In this document: positions 56,791 to 64,000 of the stretch, piece by piece
Layout: the number at the start of each line of letters is the position of its first letter
Numbering within the stretch: the stretch's first letter is position 1
Assembly: GCA_041601615.1 (NCBI GenBank)
Contig: JBFIHX010000007.1
Span: 64,001-128,000 of the forward strand
Source of the DNA: Thermoplasmatota archaeon
GTDB lineage: Archaea; Thermoplasmatota; E2; JACPAO01; JAHFTW01
Reading direction: 5' to 3'
DNA length: 64,000 bases
Notes under the pieces: generated by a model
What the model was told of the DNA's origin: nothing
The model's database searches: none
The model's input: only the letters and a program-made list of their open reading frames with translations
Program-made: the position numbers and the translations under genes

Positions 56791-56797
56791 TTTAAAT
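56791..56797. promoter_or_regulatory. TATA-like box between divergent NTP-transferase and tRNA genes
   Basis: tttaaat in GC-rich context, ~25 nt upstream of the minus-strand ATG. Confidence 0.45.
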
Positions 56798-56848
56798 GAC
56801 GTGCCTGAGTCGCGCGCCTAGCGCCCCTCCAGGAGGGCCGCCATGCCT

Positions 56849-56921
56849 GCCTCGGTGGCTTAGTTGGTAGAGCAGTTGATTCGTAATCAACAGGTCGGGG
56901 GTTCAAATCCCCCCCGGGGCT
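56849..56921 (+). tRNA. tRNA-Thr (anticodon CGT)
   Basis: Acceptor gcctcgg/ccggggc, anticodon arm gttga-ttCGTaa-tcaac, T-loop gttcaaatc, U discriminator, no CCA, T-run after. Confidence 0.95.
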
Positions 56922-57076
56922 TTTTTTGCAAAACGGGTTGCCAAGTGGCGGCTTCGTTTGGGCGGTTTCGCCTAGGGATGGGCAGTATCTTTGCGCATCG
57001 CTCTGCCAAGGCCCCCCCTGCAACCGGCGCCGGACTTGCATGTCAAGCGCCGATTGCAGGAGGCGAGCGGCTTTGC

Positions 57077-58453
57077 TTAGTCCCTGATTCCGTCTTCGCA
57101 TACCATCGCCACCGCCTCTCCCTCGGGCAGGTGCGGCGAGTCGATGAGGCGGCAGATGCGCTTGCCACCTTTGGACTTGCGCAAGTAGATGCGGAAGGTG
57201 CTGGTGTGGCCGACGATGTGGCCACCAATGGCGTGCGTCGGGTCGCCAAAGAATGCATCCGGCTTGGAGCTTACTTGGTTGGTGACGATGACGGCGGCAT
57301 TGTTGAGGCCCGCGAGTTTCTGCAGGTCGTGCATGTGGCGGTTGAGTTTCTGTTGGCGGTCGGCGAGCATGCCACGACCGATGAATTCGGCGCGGAAGTG
57401 GGCCGTGAGGCTGTCCACGACGATGACGCGGATTGGGAATTGCTTGCAGATTTCTTGGGCGCGTTCGGCCAAGAGCATCTGGTGGTTGCTGTTGAAGGCG
57501 CGAGCAACGTGGATGCGGCCGAGCGCTTCGTGCGGGTCCATGCCGTTGGCGGTTGCCATTTGGATGATGCGCTCAGGCCGGAAGGTGTTCTCGGTGTCGA
57601 TGAACAAGGCGTGGCCGTTCAGGCCGCCGTCTTCTTCGCTGCGCTGGACGTTGACACAGAGCTGGTGGGCAAACTGGGTCTTGCACGATCCGAATTCTCC
57701 AAAGAACTCCGTGATGCACTGGGTCTCGACGCCGCCACCCATCAGTTCGTCAAAGGACTTGGAACCTGTGTGGATTTTGTTGACCGTGCTTCGTCGTTCA
57801 AGCACCGTGATGCCGGATTCGAAGCCACCCACGTCTGCGAGTTTGCGGGCGGCATTGATGATTTTCTGGGCGACTCCTTCGCCCACGTCGCACTTGTCGG
57901 CCAATTCCTTGGGGCTCGCGACGGCGATGCTCATGAGATCCTCGAAGCCGGCTTCCTTGAGCTTGTCTGCGGTGGCGGGGCCGACTCCGGGTAGGTCGTC
58001 GACGGTCATGCTGATGACTGCTTCTTGGGCAGCTTCAGGCACTTGGGCGTCGACGGGGTGTTCGGCGACGGAGGGCAGGCCGAGGATGTTTCGAGCGTCG
58101 TCGATGGTTTTGCGTGCGACGGCGCGGCTTAGGCCGGCGAATTCCTTGATGTCCTCGGGGCTTGCCTTGGCGATGGATTCGACGGTTTCGAAGCCGCCAC
58201 CGCGGAGTTTGTCGGCCTTCTGGGTGTTCATGGTGGGCAGGTCTTCGACGGCAATGCCGCCGTGGGCTTCCATGAGGCTCTTGGCATTGGCAATGATGGT
58301 GGCGGCGGTGGATGCAGGGAAACCGGTCTTGGCTGCAAGGTCTTCGGGAGTGGTCTCCACAATGAGGGTGACGCTTCCGAGGCCGGCTTCTGCGAGTTTT
58401 TCGGCTTTGGTGGCGCCGACGCCTGCAATCTGGGTGAGCGGCATCTTAGACAT
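57077..58453 (-). CDS. radA: DNA repair and recombination protein RadA with extended HhH N-terminus
   Basis: [62 protein letters not shown]. Confidence 0.95.
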   Translation of the reverse strand: MSKMPLTQIAGVGATKAEKLAEAGLGSVTLIVETTPEDLAAKTGFPASTAATIIANAKSLMEAHGGIAVEDLPTMNTQKADKLRGGGFETVESIAKASPEDIKEFAGLSRAVARKTIDDARNILGLPSVAEHPVDAQVPEAAQEAVISMTVDDLPGVGPATADKLKEAGFEDLMSIAVASPKELADKCDVGEGVAQKIINAARKLADVGGFESGITVLERRSTVNKIHTGSKSFDELMGGGVETQCITEFFGEFGSCKTQFAHQLCVNVQRSEEDGGLNGHALFIDTENTFRPERIIQMATANGMDPHEALGRIHVARAFNSNHQMLLAERAQEICKQFPIRVIVVDSLTAHFRAEFIGRGMLADRQQKLNRHMHDLQKLAGLNNAAVIVTNQVSSKPDAFFGDPTHAIGGHIVGHTSTFRIYLRKSKGGKRICRLIDSPHLPEGEAVAMVCEDGIRD

Positions 58454-58882
58454 GGGGTTCAACCCGACCAGTGTGCTGCCCATCATCAATGCAAGGGAGG
58501 GACGAGTGAATGTACTCGGGGACGGGAACAAGACGCGGCGCGAGGAGGGGGCGGATGGGGAGCAGAGGTGGGAACGGAGGAGGGGGCGGAGGAGGGAGCG
58601 GAGGGAGGAGCGGATAGGTGCACAACTGCAACGACGGTACCCGCGCACCGCGAGAAGGAAAGAAACTCGAACGGGCATCCGGTGGTTCTGGACCTCGGCT
58701 CTTGGTGGACTCGCCCCCGCCCGTCCAATCGCCCTGTCCCCCGGCCCGATGTGCAAAATAGTCCCGGGCTCAAGAATGCCTAGCCGCCGGGTGCTGCCGG
58801 TGCGCACCATCGAGCCTTAGCTTCGGCTTCGGTCCCGCAGGTGCTCCGTTTCGTGGCGCAACAATTTCAGGAGGGACAAGGG

Positions 58883-59620
58883 ATGGATCGTGCATTCACG
58901 CACTTGATGCAAGAGCTGGCAGAACTTCGCCTGCGTCGACCGGAAGGCTCGACCTGCGACGAACACAAGGACGCAGTGGCCCAACGCGTGGACATGAACT
59001 GCACCGCCGCCGGATTCGCACCGCCGCCCTGCGCCGTGCACATCCGCTTCGAGCAAGCATCCGCGGGGTGGAGACTCATCATTCTCACACCACCCGGCCG
59101 GCCGATCGACGTGGTTCGATGGTTGAAACCATACAACCCAAGCCGCATCGAAATCGAACCCGGCCTCGGCCCAAAATCGCTTACCGTCCACTTCGAGCAC
59201 CTACCACTGCCCTGGCAAGGATTTCTGGCTACCGTCGCCGTGCATTGCATCGAAATGACTCCCGAAGGCACAGCCTCCTTTTTCACAGACTGCGCAGGCC
59301 ATCGCCTGCAATCTGTTGTCCAAAATGGCACCGGCAAACCCGTCGTCCGCGTTCGAGAATCCCTCACCGGACCCGCCAGCACCACCTTAACGCGCCGGCA
59401 AATGGAAATTCTCGCGCTGGCCGTCGCCCTTGGATACTACGAAGTTCCCCGCCGCTTGAACTTGCGCGACCTTGCCGAACGCGTGGAATTGAGTCCCGCC
59501 GCGACTTCCGAGTTGCTGCGCCGAGGCGAGCGATTGATCATCCTGAGCTATTTTGACGCCCACGCCGCAACGGTGTGCGCCGTTGCCGGCATGAGCCACG
59601 AAACCGCCGAACTCCAATAG
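58883..59620 (+). CDS. Bat-type (HTH_10) transcriptional regulator
   Basis: LTRRQMEIL..AVALGYYEVPRR..LRDLA..ELS..ATSELLRRGE. Confidence 0.85.
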   Translation: MDRAFTHLMQELAELRLRRPEGSTCDEHKDAVAQRVDMNCTAAGFAPPPCAVHIRFEQASAGWRLIILTPPGRPIDVVRWLKPYNPSRIEIEPGLGPKSLTVHFEHLPLPWQGFLATVAVHCIEMTPEGTASFFTDCAGHRLQSVVQNGTGKPVVRVRESLTGPASTTLTRRQMEILALAVALGYYEVPRRLNLRDLAERVELSPAATSELLRRGERLIILSYFDAHAATVCAVAGMSHETAELQ

Positions 59621-59755
59621 GGAGCCACGATTCTTCGAACACGGACCTAGAGCCACGCGTTGCCCCCGGCGCCTGCAAGTGCCCCCCCTCCGCGTCGTTT
59701 GCCGATTTTGGTCCCCCAAGACGTCCTCAAACCCGTGTGCTACCCCCGCCCGGCC

Positions 59756-59839
59756 CCCGCAATCGTTCCTGCAATCGTTCCTGCATACGTTCCCGCAAAC
59801 ATCCCCTCCATCGTCCCCGCGAATACCCCTGCAATCGAC
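59756..59839. repeat. Degenerate 12-bp tandem repeat x7 (consensus ~ccYgcaatcgtY)
   Basis: cccgcaatcgtt cctgcaatcgtt cctgcatacgtt cccgcaaacatc ccctccatcgtc cccgcgaatacc cctgcaatcgac. Confidence 0.8.
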
Positions 59840-60143
59840 CCTGACTGATCCCCCGCTCAGCCTTGGCGCTGGCCCCGCTTGTGTCCCCGATTGTGTCCCC
59901 GCTCCCATCCAGGCAGAGGCCCGCACCAGAGCCCACACGCCAGGACACATACACATCTCCCCATCGAACCAATCCATCCATTTGTCGAAGCTTTCGAGCA
60001 TCAATTTTCAAGCAATTTTCGGGCACCGGACCCAAACGCCCAAGGGGCCCCACACACCCACAGGGGACTCCGACAGCCGCACATGTACGGGTCGTAGAAT
60101 GATTATGTCGAACGCCCACCCAATGCACCTTGAGGTGGTCCAC

Positions 60144-60896
60144 ATGACCCAAAAAACAAGCTCCCACGCTCCGGCCCCACCCCGAACACCGGCCCACGGC
60201 CACGGCACACGCACCACGCGGACCGCCGCGCTCCTCGTCTTTGCCGCCATCGCCTTTGCACCCACCATTCCCGCCCAACCAGACACCTTGGACCCAACCT
60301 GCTTCGAACCAGGCATGAACGTTCAATGCAACGAATTTGGCTCCATCATGATGGAAAACCAACGCGACATCCGAGGCGAACCCATCCTCATCAACGTCAC
60401 CGCCATCCTGCACACCGTCCACCTGGACGCCGACGCACGCTGGATCATGTTCAGCGTCCGCCACAGCCCCGAAGACGGCAGCAGCCCCATCTCCATCGCA
60501 CCCCTCAGCTTCACCAGCCCCTTCGGCGACATCATCACCTCCAGCGTCGACCAAGCAACACCCAGCGAAGTCAATTTCTGGGTCCATGTCATCGACGTAC
60601 CCCTCGACACCCCGACAACCATTGAAGTCCTCGTCGGTGCAAGCGAACGCGGCGCCTTCCGCTTAGAAGCCCTGGTCATGGCCTTCGACCGAGCCTACGA
60701 GCCCATCAAAGGCGCCGACGGAACGGACCAATCCTTGTTCTCGTTCACCCTCCTGGGTGTCAACGGCGAGACCAAGCGGACCGCCACCGCAAGCACCGGC
60801 GAGGACAAGTTCCGCGCCCCCGGCCCCGGAGCCGCCCTCACCTTCGGCGCCCTCCTTGCCATCGCCGCACTCGTCACACGGAGGCGCCTCGGATGA
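60144..60896 (+). CDS. Secreted protein with C-terminal sorting tail
   Basis: Hydrophobic leader; tail APGPGAALTFGALLAIAALVTRRRLG; start uncertain. Confidence 0.75.
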   Translation: MTQKTSSHAPAPPRTPAHGHGTRTTRTAALLVFAAIAFAPTIPAQPDTLDPTCFEPGMNVQCNEFGSIMMENQRDIRGEPILINVTAILHTVHLDADARWIMFSVRHSPEDGSSPISIAPLSFTSPFGDIITSSVDQATPSEVNFWVHVIDVPLDTPTTIEVLVGASERGAFRLEALVMAFDRAYEPIKGADGTDQSLFSFTLLGVNGETKRTATASTGEDKFRAPGPGAALTFGALLAIAALVTRRRLG

Positions 60897-61558
60897 GCCC
60901 CCCCGACCGCCGCACCAGTCCCGTAGGCAACCAATTGCTCGAAATCGTGCGCACCCAACCCGGCATCCACTTCCGAGCCCTCGAACGCGCCGCCGAACTA
61001 CACTCCGCCGGCCAACTGCGCCACCACGTCGACCGCCTCCTCCACAAAGGAGCCCTCATCGAAGTGCCCGACGGCGGCTACACGCGCTACTTCGTCGCCA
61101 ACGAACACGACCGCCGCCTACGCCCACGCCTAGCACGATTCGCCCGCCCCATCCCCCGCCGCATCGGCATCCTCCTGCTCGAACAAAGCCTCAACCGCAC
61201 CGAACTACGCCACCGCCTACGCTGCGCCGACTCCACCCTCGGATACTACCTCAAACGCATGGAAAAAGAGGGAGACATCATCAAGTGCAAAGGCCGAACC
61301 TGCTGCCACTACCGACTCGCCGACGCCGACATTCTCCGCGAGGTGTTCAAAGTGCCCCGCCCCGTCCTCGGCGCCCTCGAACCCGCCACCGGGCCCCGCG
61401 CAACCCAAACACCTCCCAGGAAATCCGACGCGCAACCCACGCCAACCACCCCGACCACCCCAAACCCACCACCCACACAACCGCCCCGAGGGACCCCCTG
61501 GAACCGCCCCGCCCCAACCCGCCGCAGCGTGACCAACCAGGAGCTGGTCAGCCGTTGA
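60893..61558 (+). CDS. Tandem winged-helix regulator (COG3398-like)
   Basis: LLEIVRTQPGIHFRAL...GQLRHHVDRL...YTRYF; second wHTH DSTLGYYLKRM. Confidence 0.82.
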   Translation: MSPPDRRTSPVGNQLLEIVRTQPGIHFRALERAAELHSAGQLRHHVDRLLHKGALIEVPDGGYTRYFVANEHDRRLRPRLARFARPIPRRIGILLLEQSLNRTELRHRLRCADSTLGYYLKRMEKEGDIIKCKGRTCCHYRLADADILREVFKVPRPVLGALEPATGPRATQTPPRKSDAQPTPTTPTTPNPPPTQPPRGTPWNRPAPTRRSVTNQELVSR

Positions 61559-62856
61559 CCCACCCACAAACCCTGCCCAACCGAGCACGAAACCTCCTAC
61601 AAAACGCCCAGCACCGCACCACGTTCTACCTCCTCATGAACAACGCCATGGCCGCCGGCACCGGGCTGCTCTTCTGGTTCATCATGGTCCGCATCGCAGA
61701 CATCCCCACAGGCCAAATCGGCGTCGGATACTCCATCATCGCACTCGGCACCACCGTCGCCCTCGTAGCCAAAGGCGGCCTCGACACCGCACTCCTGCGC
61801 AACGTCCCCAAAGCCAGCGACCGCGAAGGACTCCGCCTCCTCGGCGTCGGCATCCTCGTCGGCGCCAGCGCCGCCATCCTCCTCTCCGGCAGCCTCGCCC
61901 TCGCCGCCAGCACAGGAGGTCCCCTACCACAACTCGCCCGCTGGGGCTGGCTCCTCGTCGCCATCATTGCCATGCTCATGGTCGGCACCTCCCTGCAAGA
62001 TGCCTGGTTTCTGGCCCAAGGCGACGCACGATCCACCTTCCGCCGCAACGTCGTCTTCAGCAGCGCACGGATCATCCTACCCCTCCCCATCCTCGCCCTC
62101 GCACCACCCGAACCCGTCCCCCTCATCTGGCTGCTCGCCCTCATCGCCGCCACTCTCACCGGCATCGCACTCGCCCGCCACCGCCCCCACCACGACGGCG
62201 GCTCCGTACCCCGCCGCGCATTCCTAGGATGCGCACTGCGCAACATCACCAGCAGCGCCGCCGAATTCCTACCCGGCCTCCTGCTCGTCCCCCTCGTACT
62301 TGCCACCCAAGGCCCCGCCGCCGCCGGCTACTTCGGCATGGCCTGGACCGCTGCCGCCCTCCTATTGCTCGGCTCCGCCACCATCGGACGAAGCGCCCTC
62401 ACATCCATGGTACGCGACGAACCACCCGCCACCGCCGTACGCCGCGCCGCCAACCAAGCCCTGTTGGTGCTCGGCCCCGTCGCCGTACTCGGCGCCCTCC
62501 TTGCCCGCTTTGTCATGGCCATCTTCGGCACCGACTATGCCACCGAATCCGCCCCCTCCTTCGCCATCCTCTGCGCAAGCACCCTATTCGTCGCCCCCTC
62601 CTTCCTCTACCTCGCATACCTACGCGCCCGCGATCGGCCCGCAACCCTCCTGCTGTTTCCCTTAGCCATGATCGCCGTCCTCTTCCTGCTCGCGCCGCCG
62701 CTCGCCCTCCTCTTCGGACTCGCCGGCGTCGCCCTCGCATGGCTCCTAGCCAACGCCCCCTTCGGCATCTTTGCCCTCTGGCGCCTCAGCCGCATCGCAA
62801 AGGAGGTGACAACCCATGCTACCCCGAATCTCTGTGGTGATCCTCACCCTGAATGA
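61555..62856 (+). CDS. Polysaccharide export/flippase-like membrane protein
   Basis: FYLLMNNAMAAGTGLLFWFI, GLDTALLR, AAGYFGMAW; multi-TM. Confidence 0.82.
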   Translation: MTHPQTLPNRARNLLQNAQHRTTFYLLMNNAMAAGTGLLFWFIMVRIADIPTGQIGVGYSIIALGTTVALVAKGGLDTALLRNVPKASDREGLRLLGVGILVGASAAILLSGSLALAASTGGPLPQLARWGWLLVAIIAMLMVGTSLQDAWFLAQGDARSTFRRNVVFSSARIILPLPILALAPPEPVPLIWLLALIAATLTGIALARHRPHHDGGSVPRRAFLGCALRNITSSAAEFLPGLLLVPLVLATQGPAAAGYFGMAWTAAALLLLGSATIGRSALTSMVRDEPPATAVRRAANQALLVLGPVAVLGALLARFVMAIFGTDYATESAPSFAILCASTLFVAPSFLYLAYLRARDRPATLLLFPLAMIAVLFLLAPPLALLFGLAGVALAWLLANAPFGIFALWRLSRIAKEVTTHATPNLCGDPHPE

Positions 62857-63994
62857 AGCCCGCAACATCACAGACTGCCTGCAAGCACTCGCCACCCAAG
62901 ACAACCACGGCTTCGAAGTCATTGTCGTGGACGCAGCCAGCACCGACGACACCGTGGCCCGTGTTCGCGCCCTGCAAAACTCCTTCCCCGTCCCCCTGCG
63001 CATCGAAGCCTCCCCCCACCGACTCCCAATCGGCGAAGCACGCAACCTCGGCGTAGCCCTCGCCGACCACCCCGCCATCGCATTCATGAGCGCCGACGTC
63101 GAACCACGCCCCGACTGGATCAGCCGCGCCCGACACCACCTCCAACACTACGCCATGGTGTTCGGACGACAACTCCACGCACCACAACACTGGACCGTCG
63201 CCGCCAGCGTGCGCGGACTCCGCTACAACTTCCCATCCTCACCCGTCGCAAACCCACTCCCCCTCTGCTCCAACGTCGCCAGCGCCTTCGACCGACACAT
63301 CCTGACCGCACACCCCTTCGAGCCCAACGCTGACGCCGCCGAAGACCTCCTACTCGCCCTGCGGGCCGCCGCCGACGGACACCAAGCCACCTACGACCCC
63401 GACCTCATCGTACGCCACCACGACATCCAAACCATGAGCGAAGAACTTCGCAAAGTACGCCGCGAAGGACGCGCCTGGGGCCGACACCACCACGAACTCG
63501 GACCCCTGCCCGCCCTGCTTGCCTGGGCCGCCGCCCTCGTCCTCGCCGCCCCCTTCGTACGCCTCGCACCACGCATCCTCGGCCCCGCCTACACCGGAAT
63601 CCTCTGGGCCCCCGCCATGCGCCGAGCCCGCCGCCGACGCCACACCATGCCCGCCGATGCGCTGCTCGCAGGCACCCTCGCAAGCCCCACCTACGACCTC
63701 GCCTTCCTACTCAACTACCTCCGCGGCCGCGCCAACCCGGACGCCCCTCCACGCCCCGGACTCGCCCCGCGACCCACCCCGCCGCCGCCGCATCCATCCA
63801 CCCATCCCCGTCCAACCTCATCCCCTCCACCCCCACAGCCCTCCACCCAAACCTCAACCCCACCCTCCACCCCATCATCCACCCAAGCCTCTGCCCCACC
63901 TTCCACCCCACCCTACGCCCCATCATCTACCCCACCTTCTACCTCGCCCTCTGCCCACCCCACCAGCCAAACCGACCAGGAGACCACAACATGA
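62816..63994 (+). CDS. GT2 glycosyltransferase with Pro/Ser/Thr-rich tail
   Basis: ILTLNE, VVDAASTD, ARNLG, MSAD, AEDLLL; ATGA-coupled to a gene starting at 63991. Confidence 0.88.
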   Translation: MLPRISVVILTLNEARNITDCLQALATQDNHGFEVIVVDAASTDDTVARVRALQNSFPVPLRIEASPHRLPIGEARNLGVALADHPAIAFMSADVEPRPDWISRARHHLQHYAMVFGRQLHAPQHWTVAASVRGLRYNFPSSPVANPLPLCSNVASAFDRHILTAHPFEPNADAAEDLLLALRAAADGHQATYDPDLIVRHHDIQTMSEELRKVRREGRAWGRHHHELGPLPALLAWAAALVLAAPFVRLAPRILGPAYTGILWAPAMRRARRRRHTMPADALLAGTLASPTYDLAFLLNYLRGRANPDAPPRPGLAPRPTPPPPHPSTHPRPTSSPPPPQPSTQTSTPPSTPSSTQASAPPSTPPYAPSSTPPSTSPSAHPTSQTDQETTT

Positions 63995-64000
63995 CCCACG

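Noticed and set aside
56849-56921. tRNA-Thr as attachment site of an integrated element
   Set aside because: No integrase and no duplicate of the tRNA 3' end noticed in the window.
322-58820. Long antisense or alternate-frame ORFs (e.g. 322-1752, 13832-15385, 25766-27895, 31621-33447, 57189-58820)
   Set aside because: They shadow well-supported genes and have low-complexity translations typical of high-GC DNA.
59756-59839. Tandem repeat as CRISPR or iterons
   Set aside because: 12-bp degenerate units without spacers; no cas or rep gene nearby.

Overview
GC-rich archaeal chromosome segment, most consistent with a Thermoplasmatota lineage. The evidence is archaeal-type argS, mfnA, hpt, dph2, rnhB, archaeosortase, ribK, trm56, tfe, radA, a MutS5-like gene and tRNA-Thr(CGT) without encoded CCA. 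Housekeeping genes are interleaved with many secreted, lipid-anchored or sortase-tagged proteins and two glycosylation clusters. Main observations: (1) an integron-type gene-cassette array at 36.8-39.7 kb, with two canonical attC sites, matching cassette ends, an attI-like site, a SIR2-domain cargo and no integrase in the window; (2) a recurrent signalling architecture of secreted partner + single-pass ectodomain receptor + tandem winged-helix regulator, split at 13.5-16.6 kb (beside an ABC exporter and a small 2-Cys peptide), fused at 20.3-22.6 kb, with a looser variant at 60-61.5 kb; (3) an artA-psd-pssA cluster plus four candidate substrates with a non-PGF sorting tail; (4) an Hjc-like nuclease coupled to a MutS5-like ATPase; (5) a RadA with three HhH modules and an altered Walker A; (6) a gene-replacement scar and a bacterial-type fatty acid desaturase. 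All calls are by eye from motifs and no database searches were run. Start codons are best guesses.
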